Below are positions 55,264-64,000 of a DNA stretch of 64,000 bases, in pieces. A model generated the notes under the pieces. That model was not told where the DNA came from. It did not search any database and was given only the letters and a program-made list of their open reading frames with translations. The stretch's first letter is position 1. Each line of letters starts with the position of its first letter. A program made the position numbers and the translations under genes. Source of the DNA: a virus; the IMG/VR virus record IMGVR_UViG_3300009124_000002, positions 32,001 to 96,000 of that record; one strand, 5' to 3'.

Positions 55264-57774
55264 TCAAACAAAGAAATCTTCAAGAGTTACAATCTTCTCC
55301 GGTGCCCAGCCAATCGCATCAAGAACGAACTTCAGTGGCTCAAGAAATGCTTTCTCAAACTGTAGGTCATGATTGATGTATTTCTCCAACCCAAACTCTT
55401 CAGGCAGAACTGAGTTGAACGCAATGACATTTTCGCGAATAGGGTTTGGGATATGCAAGTAGACATACTTCATCTTGTCTCCGTTACGAATAGACTCAAA
55501 CCGATTCTGAAGACCGTTTTTCTTCAGGTGGTGATTGTAGAGAAGTGACGCTCGAACGTGCATTGGAGTCCCCTTGTCGTAGATATTAAGGTTGTCTTGA
55601 TAGTTGGTCACGTTTGACACGCCACGGGGAAAGGCGATCTTCTCGACCGGGATCTCACGAAAGGCTTTCTTGAAGTCAGCGATTGCTGCTTGTGTCGTTT
55701 CCTCATCGGTGGTAAGGATAATCTTAAACATCTCCTTCATCGCTTCCCGGCAGACTTGAGGTGTTGAAGACTTGACTGCCTCGATGCCCATGATCTTCAG
55801 TTTTGGTTTTGCATACTGAACACCCTCACTGTTGTGAACATTCAGGATGTATCGTTTCTTGGCAGTCCAGATACCACGGTCAGCAATCACTTCCCGTGCC
55901 ATGACCATACGATTCTTGTATGAGTTCATGGTCACTGCAAAACGCTCAAACGCTTTCTTCAGAACAGGCTCGATTGCAGTTGAACCAAGTTCATCAAGGA
56001 ACGCAACCGGGTCTTTTGGTTTTGCTTTTTGAATAACATCGTTGACATTCACATAAACAGAGTCAGTGTCAATCGCAACCACTCGGTCTTTGTCCTCACC
56101 AAGTGCTTTGTTAAGGTATGCATTCAGTTCTTTCTCTGCATACCGAATCACAGACTGACCTGTCAGAGTCACGCCTTCAGCAATACGCAAGTCAAAGTAT
56201 CGAAACCATATGTTGCCCATTGCGCCATACAAGGAGTTGAGTAGAATCTTCACTGCCATCTGCTCAGTCTCACAACGAGCAATCTCTCTTTCAATCGATG
56301 GGCTTGACCCCTCTTGCTCCATGCGTTGTTGTGCCTTGAGCATTTGCTGTTTGATCATGACACGCTTGTCATACAACTCCTGAATGATCTCAGGAATGAT
56401 ACCCTGCTTGTCCTTACGATAGCATGAACCATTTGCAGCAACAGAAACATCATCTTCAGTAAGGCAACTATCTGCCTCAAGCACCTTGTCAGGATTCAAT
56501 CCATCGATACGAGTATGCGGTATCAAAGTCTCTGGTGACATATTGCATTGAATGATGATGTTGGGATACAGAGAGTTCAAGTCAAAGGACATCACCCAAT
56601 CATGAAGACCAACATGAGGTTCCTTGACATACCCACCAGTGAATCCCGTCCGATGATGCTTCTTGCTTGGAGGAATTGCGACCTTCTGTTGCGCCAATCT
56701 GCGAAAGATGATAGAGTCCCAGATACCCACGGTCCCAAGTGTGTCGCTATAGTTTACGCCACCAAGGTATGCCATCGTCAGAACCAGATTGATAAGACCA
56801 ACCTTGTCTTCCATCTTCTCAATCAACTCAACGTCCACGATATTGTAGTCAACGAAACGCTGATAGTCCTGCTCATAGAGTTTCTTGAGTGACCCCAAGT
56901 CAGTGTAGTCTACCTTCTTTGTGCCAAGCACAACATTAGCAATGTGATCAAGCTTGTATGATTCTTGATTGCCATACTTGTAACCGAACTTCTTGAACAG
57001 GTCTAGGTAGTCCAACTGTTCGATACCCTTGATCTCAAAGGCAAGTTGTTCCTTGCCCATCATCTTGATAGTCTTAGCATCATACAACCCCCATGGCGAG
57101 AGCTTCTTTGCCTCTTTTGCCCCTAAGACGTTTACAATGCGATTTACAATGTAAGGGATATCAAAGAACCGAGTGTTCCACCCAGTAATAATGTCTGGTG
57201 TGTGATCCTTGTTTGACCACCAAGCAAGGAAAGACTGGAGCATAGAGACTTCATCGGGGTATTCGTAGTATTCGATCTGAAGCCCAGTGGTGGTTTGATG
57301 TGGGTTGTAGCTCTTACCAAAACCCCAGATGCGATAGATGTCTTCTCGACTCGACTTCAAGGCGATAGTGAGGATCTCTTGATTGGCGATATGCGGATGA
57401 GGAAACCCATCATCATATGCAGTCTCAATGTCAATGTAAACAACATCGACGTTCCTTGGTTCAAACTCAATCTTGCCGGGAAACCTCGACTGAATGAATG
57501 CTGGAATGTGTCTGTCATTACCATGAATGGTATATCCATCGACACCCTCATACAATTTGATAAACTCACCCGCCTCACGCATGGTGTTGAACTTCATAGG
57601 CTCAAGCGAGGAACCAGCAAGGGATTGCCATTGAGAGGGTGAGGAGTTTTTGGATTCAAGGTAGAGTGTGGGCTTGAACGAAACCCTTTCCTCAACTCGC
57701 TTTCCTTGATTGTCGTATCCTCGGTAGAGGATCTTGTTTCCGTATTTGCAAATGGAAGTGTAAAACCCGGTCAT
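55264..57774 (-). CDS. 43: family B DNA polymerase, T4 gp43-like
   Basis: DIET, FDIPY, SFDLNSLYP, KILLNSLYG, DTDS, KKRY. Confidence 0.97.
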   Translation of the reverse strand: MTGFYTSICKYGNKILYRGYDNQGKRVEERVSFKPTLYLESKNSSPSQWQSLAGSSLEPMKFNTMREAGEFIKLYEGVDGYTIHGNDRHIPAFIQSRFPGKIEFEPRNVDVVYIDIETAYDDGFPHPHIANQEILTIALKSSREDIYRIWGFGKSYNPHQTTTGLQIEYYEYPDEVSMLQSFLAWWSNKDHTPDIITGWNTRFFDIPYIVNRIVNVLGAKEAKKLSPWGLYDAKTIKMMGKEQLAFEIKGIEQLDYLDLFKKFGYKYGNQESYKLDHIANVVLGTKKVDYTDLGSLKKLYEQDYQRFVDYNIVDVELIEKMEDKVGLINLVLTMAYLGGVNYSDTLGTVGIWDSIIFRRLAQQKVAIPPSKKHHRTGFTGGYVKEPHVGLHDWVMSFDLNSLYPNIIIQCNMSPETLIPHTRIDGLNPDKVLEADSCLTEDDVSVAANGSCYRKDKQGIIPEIIQELYDKRVMIKQQMLKAQQRMEQEGSSPSIEREIARCETEQMAVKILLNSLYGAMGNIWFRYFDLRIAEGVTLTGQSVIRYAEKELNAYLNKALGEDKDRVVAIDTDSVYVNVNDVIQKAKPKDPVAFLDELGSTAIEPVLKKAFERFAVTMNSYKNRMVMAREVIADRGIWTAKKRYILNVHNSEGVQYAKPKLKIMGIEAVKSSTPQVCREAMKEMFKIILTTDEETTQAAIADFKKAFREIPVEKIAFPRGVSNVTNYQDNLNIYDKGTPMHVRASLLYNHHLKKNGLQNRFESIRNGDKMKYVYLHIPNPIRENVIAFNSVLPEEFGLEKYINHDLQFEKAFLEPLKFVLDAIGWAPEKIVTLEDFFV

Positions 57775-57782
57775 GAGCATAC

Positions 57783-57830
57783 ATTATATACTAAAGCGGC
57801 AGGGAAGACAAGTAGTGATCCCTGCCGCTA
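57783..57830 (-). terminator. hairpin terminator overlapping the gp43 promoter
   Basis: AGCGGCAGGGA/TCCCTGCCGCT stem; contains TTGTCT-17-TATAAT. Confidence 0.6.
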
Positions 57831-57845
57831 TTGCCTCAATTTGAA

Positions 57846-58262
57846 TTAAGAACGAATGTTCAACTTCTTCGGCTTTTCGGCTTCAGGAACGATACGCTGA
57901 AGCTCAACACCAACAATACCATTCTTGTAATAAGAACCAGTAGGAGTAATGTGCTCACCCAAACGAAAGCACTTAGTGAACTTACGTGCAGCAATGCCTT
58001 TCGTTTGATATTTGCGATCATCCTTCTCTTTCTTATCACCAGTAATGGTCAGTGTATTGTCTTTCCACTCAACATCCAAATCCTCTGGTCCGAAACCAGC
58101 AACTGCCAATTCAATGGCAGAATTGTCGTCATCAATATTTATGACGTTATATGGAGGGAATGAAGTGGATTCGTCTCTGGACTGAGAGTAGGAGAGTGAA
58201 TTGAAGAGTTCTTCAAAACCAATCCAGTTAGACGGATACGATGAATACTTAGATACGGTCAT
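57846..58262 (-). CDS. hsp20: small heat shock protein
   Basis: FPPYN, IELAVAGF, GIAARKF, NG. Confidence 0.95.
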   Translation of the reverse strand: MTVSKYSSYPSNWIGFEELFNSLSYSQSRDESTSFPPYNVINIDDDNSAIELAVAGFGPEDLDVEWKDNTLTITGDKKEKDDRKYQTKGIAARKFTKCFRLGEHITPTGSYYKNGIVGVELQRIVPEAEKPKKLNIRS

Positions 58263-58354
58263 TTGTTTACCTTTCTTTCGACAAGGTTATTGTATTACGA
58301 CTGACCCCATCATTGGGCATCAGAAGTTCGCTCCCATTCGGGCAGCAAATTTAT

Positions 58355-58777
58355 TTAGCTTTTCTTTACATTGCCAATTGTGTATTTGGCTTGTAGATTC
58401 CACACCTTCTTATCTCGGTGAGGAATGATCTTAATCTGTCTCAGTGTAGTTGTCTCTGTTGGTCTCTCTTTGATTTCAAGCAGACCCCAATCAGAAAGCA
58501 ATACAGCAATGGTGTTACGACGAGCAAAGTCATCCTTCGTGAAGTTGGATGGTTTGCCATCGAGCATAAACAGTTCCTTGAAATGCACAATGAAGTATCT
58601 CCCTTGTTTGTGAAGAATATGACAACTCTGATACAGAGTGTTTTCTTCTTTCCTTGAGGCAACCCCAATACGAGTAAGTGTCTCTCGTATCTTGAGAAAG
58701 TCATCAGGATCACCAAGCGATACTTCCAGCATATCTGCTGGAGTCCATTTCATAACTTCTTCGTCGTTATTCACCAT
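58355..58777 (-). CDS. regA: translational repressor RegA
   Basis: DDFLKIRETLTRIG, LYQSCHILHKQG.Y.IVHFKE; TATAAATA at 58785-58792. Confidence 0.97.
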   Translation of the reverse strand: MVNNDEEVMKWTPADMLEVSLGDPDDFLKIRETLTRIGVASRKEENTLYQSCHILHKQGRYFIVHFKELFMLDGKPSNFTKDDFARRNTIAVLLSDWGLLEIKERPTETTTLRQIKIIPHRDKKVWNLQAKYTIGNVKKS

Positions 58778-58792
58778 GTATTTCTATTTATA

Positions 58793-59209
58793 CTATTTGC
58801 CTCCTTGAGACATAGAACTAACGACATCTTTGATTTGTTCTTTAGTCAGAACAGAAATTGCCTCGCGAGCTCTCTGAGAAGAGTATGAGTATCGCTTCAT
58901 GAAACACTCAACAGTGTGATCATCGGCAATCGCTTTGGCGAACTTAGCAAAACGCTTTCTTGGTTTAACGCTGCTCTTCAAAAAGTCATACTGCATCTTC
59001 GGCGGCAAGTGATGATGTTGATTCATCTCATTAGCAAAGAAAACAGTATCCATGAAGTTCGAAAGAGAACGGTTTACCAAAAAGGCTGAGTAAGACTTTG
59101 ATGGTGAGTCAGGATCAAGTTCATCTTCAAGCGCATTGAATCCATCGAAGAGACTCTTCTTGCTTGCTGAGTTGATGCTGTTTACAAATTCAAATGGATT
59201 CATTTCCAC
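58793..59209 (-). CDS. 62: clamp loader small subunit, gp62-like
   Basis: Y..F.VNR.LS...D...ANEMN, QYDF; synteny. Confidence 0.9.
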   Translation of the reverse strand: MEMNPFEFVNSINSASKKSLFDGFNALEDELDPDSPSKSYSAFLVNRSLSNFMDTVFFANEMNQHHHLPPKMQYDFLKSSVKPRKRFAKFAKAIADDHTVECFMKRYSYSSQRAREAISVLTKEQIKDVVSSMSQGGK

Positions 59210-60135
59210 TTCACCTTTACCATCAATTCAGTCAGGCATGCCATCAAATTGATTTCTTTATCAGCCACAAAAGCTGACTTGTAGCTGTAATCAGCGATGA
59301 TTAGAATAGATTCAGCAACTGATTCTGTGGTCATATATTGACTTAGATTGTCATACAAAGCTCTGAATGTAACGGTGCCATCAAGCACGTTATTGTTCGC
59401 CACCCACTTGCGGATGTCGCCAAACTTCTTCTCGCGCAGCATGCCCATCATCTCATGAATAGACTCATCGGATACCGAGATAAGAACGTCTGGGGTAATC
59501 TTACCTGTGGTGCTGTGCCGTTGACACTCATTCAGAACACGACGCCAGTCAGGAGCGTGTTTCATGATCAGGTCAACTAGAACCTTGGTGTCATACTCAA
59601 CTCCCTCTTTCTTGAGGATATCTTCGAGTCGCCGAAGGAAAGTGGCACAAAGCTTTTGTAGCTCGCTTTTCTTGAAGTTGAAGTCAAAACCCGAACACCG
59701 GGAGTGTAGTGGCTCAATGATTCTGTTCTTGAAGTTACAAGTCAGAATGAATCGACAGTTTGCGCTAAACTCTTCAATGAAAGCACGAAGGGCGGGTTGA
59801 GTTGAGTTTGCATTTAGGTAATCTGCTTCATCCAGAATCACAACACGATACCCACCAGTCAGAGACATGCTTGATGCAAAATTTTTGATCTTGTTGCGGA
59901 GCGTATCAATGCCACTCTCTTCAGAGCAGTTCACTAGAAGGTATTCAAGATTCAACTCATTACAGAGTGCCTTGGCGACAGTAGTCTTCCCAAGACCAGC
60001 AGTCCCAGAAAAGAGCATGTTCGGAAGTTCACCTGAACTAACAAACCCCTTGAAGGTGTTCAGGATATCGGCGGGAAGAATGATGTCTTCAATGATTTGT
60101 GGGCGATACTTTTCGACCCAGAGGAATTCTTTCAT
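59200..60135 (-). CDS. 44: clamp loader large subunit, gp44-like
   Basis: LWVEKYRP, GTAGLGKTT, DEAD, SRC. Confidence 0.95.
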   Translation of the reverse strand: MKEFLWVEKYRPQIIEDIILPADILNTFKGFVSSGELPNMLFSGTAGLGKTTVAKALCNELNLEYLLVNCSEESGIDTLRNKIKNFASSMSLTGGYRVVILDEADYLNANSTQPALRAFIEEFSANCRFILTCNFKNRIIEPLHSRCSGFDFNFKKSELQKLCATFLRRLEDILKKEGVEYDTKVLVDLIMKHAPDWRRVLNECQRHSTTGKITPDVLISVSDESIHEMMGMLREKKFGDIRKWVANNNVLDGTVTFRALYDNLSQYMTTESVAESILIIADYSYKSAFVADKEINLMACLTELMVKVKWK

Positions 60136-60208
60136 ATTGTAGTATTATATCAAAAAGGTTGGTGGCTAGTCAAGAGACTAGTAAGGCTACCACCATCACC
60201 ATCCCATA

Positions 60209-60520
60209 TCAGTCAGCACCTTCAGCGGTGACTTCTTCTCCTTGTTTTGCTTGCTCCTCTACCTCTTCTTCAGTGGTTGCCTCAGTCTTTGGAGCATTCT
60301 CCTCCAAAAATGCTTGCAGACGTTCACCAAGGGTTCCTACGTTTTTCAACTCATTGAGTTCAAATGCACCACGACGGGATGCTGCTTTAAGAACTTCAAC
60401 GGTGAAAGCAATATCACTCAAAGAGATACTTGCCTTTTGTTCCTTTGGTTCCCATCCATCCTTTACGGTGGATGCCCCTTCTTCCACTTGTTCTGTTTCT
60501 TTATCCATATCTTTATCCAT
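60209..60520 (-). CDS. acidic hypothetical protein
   Basis: A..RGAF...EL..VG pattern, between gp45 and gp44. Confidence 0.7.
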   Translation of the reverse strand: MDKDMDKETEQVEEGASTVKDGWEPKEQKASISLSDIAFTVEVLKAASRRGAFELNELKNVGTLGERLQAFLEENAPKTEATTEEEVEEQAKQGEEVTAEGAD

Positions 60521-61187
60521 TGAATGTTGATGCCTTATCCACTGCGATGAAGTATTCAACTTTGGTATCGTCAGCAGTATTTGCCCATTTACTTATAAGC
60601 TTTGAACTAATTTGAACCAGATAGTCGCCAGCCACCAAGGACAAGTTGTTGAGGTCAAAGTGCATGTCAAAGGCAACTTTGCTCTCATGATCAAGTTCAA
60701 TGCTGAACTCATTTGAAGACTTGTCCTTATCGTTCAAGGTTGAAAAACGAGTCTTTCCTTTACCCTTAGAATGAATATGGCAAAAACTACACCCAAGAGT
60801 GCGAGCAGCTGTATCAATAGTCTGCCGATCAGGGTGAGTGATAACCAACTCAACATCAACAGATGGCAAGGCGATATCCTTCGGGGGAGTCTCGAGAGTT
60901 GCCGTCTCTGCTCTGGTATAGCGCACTCGCTGATTCCCAGACTTCATGATCACTAACCTGTCATCAAACTCAAGGTCAGCGTCATCAAGGATCTTGTAAA
61001 TCGCTAGGAAGTTCTTGAGATTGTAGATACCAAACTCTTGTGGGAAGGTTTCTTCAATAGTAGCACTTCCGAGGACAGTGCGTGAACTGGAGATGGTCTT
61101 GAGCGTGGATCCCGGTTTGATCAGGATATTGTCGTTAATGAGAGAGAAGTTCTCGAGGATTCGTTTAGTGTTATTCGATAGTTTCAT
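60513..61187 (-). CDS. 45: sliding clamp, gp45-like
   Basis: MKLS..T..IL.NFS.IN, FGIY.L..FL, Y.IA; synteny. Confidence 0.9.
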   Translation of the reverse strand: MKLSNNTKRILENFSLINDNILIKPGSTLKTISSSRTVLGSATIEETFPQEFGIYNLKNFLAIYKILDDADLEFDDRLVIMKSGNQRVRYTRAETATLETPPKDIALPSVDVELVITHPDRQTIDTAARTLGCSFCHIHSKGKGKTRFSTLNDKDKSSNEFSIELDHESKVAFDMHFDLNNLSLVAGDYLVQISSKLISKWANTADDTKVEYFIAVDKASTFNG

Positions 61188-61570
61188 ATGTCAAATGTTA
61201 ACTGGTTAGGATCTATTGTATCGCAATCTTTAGTTTTGTCAAGTTCAAGCATGAAGAACAAACAACAAGCAGCATGTGCCGCATGATGGTATCCAGATTC
61301 AGGATCACTTTCTTCTCCCCTTTGTAGTGCCCACATATGTCTTTGTGCGGCAGCAAAGTATCGAGTCCATGCACTATCCAGCTTCTTCCAGTTGTTGGGA
61401 GAATACTTCTTAGCACCAAAGGTCAAAACCCTGACAGTCTCTTCAAGGGCATGTGGGGGAATCAACGAGTAGTCAGGCTTCTCTGAATCATACTTGGTGC
61501 CTATCTCATCTTCATCACGAACAAATTGCGTGATTCTGGTGATGATTTGGTTTTGTTGTTTTTTAGTCAT
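61184..61570 (-). CDS. dATP/dGTP diphosphohydrolase (DUF5664-like)
   Basis: KYDSEKPDYSLIP, GAKKY...NW, DPESG.HH.AH. Confidence 0.85.
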   Translation of the reverse strand: MTKKQQNQIITRITQFVRDEDEIGTKYDSEKPDYSLIPPHALEETVRVLTFGAKKYSPNNWKKLDSAWTRYFAAAQRHMWALQRGEESDPESGYHHAAHAACCLFFMLELDKTKDCDTIDPNQLTFDI

Positions 61571-61574
61571 GGTG

Positions 61575-61607
61575 AAAAAAAGGGAGAGGGGAGAAATCCC
61601 CTCTCCC
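61575..61607 (-). terminator. intrinsic terminator
   Basis: GGGAGAGGGGA-TTTC-TCCCCTCTCCC followed by T7. Confidence 0.85.
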
Positions 61608-61615
61608 AATCACGA

Positions 61616-61897
61616 TTAGCGCGAGATCTGGTAAACTCCAAACGGAGCCAGCATGTCTCGGTAACCACGGGTCATACCCAAGGCATAACGAGTCACAGTG
61701 TGCCCCTTGGAGTTAGTGCGCTTGTTAGCATAGACATCGACAATCGCCCTCTTCTCAGAGAGATAGGAACGCAAATCGGAAACCGTGGCGGTGGGATTTG
61801 CAATCTTCAACTGAGTCTTGATCTCCCCGGCAGTGAATTGCTTGCCAGCGGCGAGATGGTTGTAGAGACGTTCGATGTTAGTGGCAGACTTGCTCAT
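61616..61897 (-). CDS. winged-helix-like small DNA-binding protein
   Basis: L..GKQFTA.EI....I.NP.ATVS.LR...Y.LG. Confidence 0.6.
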   Translation of the reverse strand: MSKSATNIERLYNHLAAGKQFTAGEIKTQLKIANPTATVSDLRSYLSEKRAIVDVYANKRTNSKGHTVTRYALGMTRGYRDMLAPFGVYQISR

Positions 61898-61963
61898 ACT
61901 TTACTATTTTCTTTCTTGTTTTGTTCTTGTTTGTTAGATTCGATACAACAGGTATCGAAATTG

Positions 61964-63145
61964 TTAGAGAGTTTCATCAACGGACTCAGCGGCAGCAGGG
62001 ACTTCATCGCCCAGCTTGTCGTAAAGGTCATTGAAGGAATCCTTGGTATCATTGTCAAAGCGGCGAATGCAGAATTCAATCGACTTCTTCTCATCTTGAA
62101 AGATGGAGTAGGTCTGGACAATGTGGCAGAGACGACGGGTTGAGATAAACTCTTCAACTCCTCCATCCTCAAAGGTCTTGCGAATCACTTCGCTCCATGC
62201 AGTGAGTTTGTCGGCAAACTTCTCGACCACACACTCAAACTTCTCCATGTGCTTTTTGACAATCTTGGTTTCAACAGCACGGGAAGGATAAGGCTGTTCA
62301 AGAGTTGCAGGGAATCGCTCAAGGAAAGCATCATCGATGATACCAGCAGCACTGTAGCGACCATCATCAGAACCGCGTCCCTTGGTGTTAGCAGTAGCGA
62401 CAACAGTGAAACCAGCTGCGGGAGAAACAACCTCACCAGTCTTCTTGACCAGCACTGGCTTGCCTTCCAGAACACCTTGGAGACACATAATCTTGTTGGT
62501 GCCTCGATCAATCTCATCAATGAGAAGAACAGCACCAGATTCCATTGCCTTGAGAACCGGACCTTTCTGAAAAACAGTCTCTCCATTGATGAGACGAAAC
62601 CCGCCAATCAGGTCATCCTCATCAGTCTCAGGGGAAATCTGGACACGAACATACTCACGCCCCAATTGAGCACAAGCCTGTTCGACCATGAAGGTCTTGC
62701 CGTTGCCAGAGAGACCAGCAATGTAGAAGGGAAAGAACTGCTCGCTCTTCAGAGCAGTCTTCAAATCCTTGAAGTGACCCCAAGGGACAAAGGTATCGTC
62801 CTTGGAGGGAATGAAAACGGAGTCATTGATCACAGAGGAAACGCTCGCAGCAAGAGCCATCGATGCAGGAGCCTCTTGAACCGGAGCCGGGATGGTCTCA
62901 GTCTTGCGCTTTGCCCTTGGTGCAGCCTTTGCTTTGGTCTTTGTTGGAGTCCCGAACGACCACTGTCCGCGATCAACTCGAGTCATGTGCTTTGCAACCA
63001 TGGACCTAGCTTGGGGATCAGTCAAACCAAGAGCCATGCCTTCTCGGACTAGATCCTTCAGAGGATAGAGATCAAGATCTCCATAGGCTTTCACGATAGA
63101 GGTCTTCAGGGATTCGAACTGGATGTTGTCTTTAGCGGGTTTCAT
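61964..63145 (-). CDS. CobS/MoxR-like AAA+ ATPase
   Basis: GLSGNGKT, ETDEDDLIGGFRL, IDEID, TANTKGRG, FLERF. Confidence 0.9.
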   Translation of the reverse strand: MKPAKDNIQFESLKTSIVKAYGDLDLYPLKDLVREGMALGLTDPQARSMVAKHMTRVDRGQWSFGTPTKTKAKAAPRAKRKTETIPAPVQEAPASMALAASVSSVINDSVFIPSKDDTFVPWGHFKDLKTALKSEQFFPFYIAGLSGNGKTFMVEQACAQLGREYVRVQISPETDEDDLIGGFRLINGETVFQKGPVLKAMESGAVLLIDEIDRGTNKIMCLQGVLEGKPVLVKKTGEVVSPAAGFTVVATANTKGRGSDDGRYSAAGIIDDAFLERFPATLEQPYPSRAVETKIVKKHMEKFECVVEKFADKLTAWSEVIRKTFEDGGVEEFISTRRLCHIVQTYSIFQDEKKSIEFCIRRFDNDTKDSFNDLYDKLGDEVPAAAESVDETL

Positions 63146-63175
63146 AATGTAAGGGTCTTTCAATCTACGAGAGAG

Positions 63176-63224
63176 ATTCTAATCCATTTCAGAGGGCAAG
63201 ACAACCCCTCAGAGCACTTTTTTT
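63176..63224 (-). promoter_or_regulatory. early promoter cassette
   Basis: A-tract GTGCT..GAGGGG-TTGTCT-17-TAGAAT-CTCTCTCGTA. Confidence 0.75.
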
Positions 63225-63264
63225 CACTTTTTTTTCCATGCGTAAGTTGTTGATTTTTAGCGGT

Positions 63265-64000
63265 TTAGGAGATAATGTCCGAAAACACATTCAAAAACCG
63301 CCGAGAATCTTTGCGATTCTTGGTCGAATTCTTGAACTTCTTCATCAAATTCCGAACACTTTTCTTGTCACTGGCATCGAAGGTATCGGAACCAAGATCA
63401 AGCTCATCATCTTCAATCTCAAGTTTGGCAGAATTCATCATGAAATAGTGGTCATACCCAAGGGCATTAGGAGCATGAGCGAATCCCTCTTTTCTAAGAC
63501 TCTTCTTCAAATTTTCACCATCATTGATTCTCCAAGTCTGACTAGAAAGGTCGGAACGATTACCAACACGGTATCCAACCAGAGTGATATCAACCTCTTT
63601 GCAAAGTGCCGCAAACATTTGGGTAGTGCTACCGTATCTTCTAGAATCTACCCCACTTCCAAAATCAACGGTAATGCGAGAGGGGCAGCAGGACATTGAA
63701 TCACCATCAGTGAGAAACAGCGCAATCGTTTTCTGAATTCGATGAGTCTTTTGAAAACGTCGAATGATAGCGGCACTGATGACAATTGTTGAATCCAGTG
63801 GAGTTCCATGCATCCGTTCAATGAACGACTGATCACGGAAGTAGCCTTCCGAAACTGGTGCCCATAGCCGAAAACATGCTTCTTCAAACTCACCCTTTTT
63901 CAAGCGAGAGTTGACCAATTCAAAAACATTGGTTGAGGAAAAATCCAATTCGTTTTTCTTCCCAGCGTCACTAGGATTGGCGCAATGACCACAAGTGAAC
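63265..64000 (-). CDS. C-terminal part of a CobT-like/VWA protein (5' end probably outside window)
   Basis: GTPL and FLTDG MIDAS-type motifs; adjacent to CobS-like AAA. Confidence 0.7.
   Translation of the reverse strand, partial: FTCGHCANPSDAGKKNELDFSSTNVFELVNSRLKKGEFEEACFRLWAPVSEGYFRDQSFIERMHGTPLDSTIVISAAIIRRFQKTHRIQKTIALFLTDGDSMSCCPSRITVDFGSGVDSRRYGSTTQMFAALCKEVDITLVGYRVGNRSDLSSQTWRINDGENLKKSLRKEGFAHAPNALGYDHYFMMNSAKLEIEDDELDLGSDTFDASDKKSVRNLMKKFKNSTKNRKDSRRFLNVFSDIIS

Noticed and set aside
55264-57774. Intron or intein in gp43 (also checked nrdJ, gp41, uvsX)
   Set aside because: The ORFs are continuous, of normal length and lack splicing motifs
61184-61570. Z-genome (2-aminoadenine) system
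   Set aside because: No purZ or datZ is visible in this window

Overview
This is a 64 kb segment of a large T4-like (marine myovirus-type) lytic phage genome, with almost every gene on the minus strand. Core T4-like genes: gp45-gp44-gp62-regA-hsp20-gp43, uvsX, gp41, RNase H, phoH and a CobS-like AAA. Nucleotide metabolism genes: class II nrdJ, thyX, dUTPase and dCMP deaminase. The accessory content is unusually rich. (1) A Planctomycetes/Verrucomicrobia-type exported module (cytochrome c/DUF1549/DUF1553 plus two Tat-signal DUF1501 proteins) sits behind a perfect T4 late promoter, next to a signal peptidase I and an ExbB-like gene; this suggests a PVC host. (2) An RNA operon holds 9 intact tRNAs, a degenerate tRNA-Asp, a tmRNA with a 33-aa tag, and a structured leader containing a type I hammerhead ribozyme; a separate tRNA-Arg lies at 5.8 kb. 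(3) A DNA hypermodification operon downstream of the polymerase encodes a class II glutamine amidotransferase, a GNAT, an amino acid:DNA transferase, a TET/JBP dioxygenase and a P-loop kinase. (4) A ~9 kb late cluster encodes proteins with T4 capsid-targeting-like N-termini and repeated prohead-protease-like linkers. (5) A glycan-synthesis cluster is present, plus kdsA. (6) Early-promoter cassettes are repeated and leaderless gene starts are common. All family calls come from motif recognition by eye; no database search was run.
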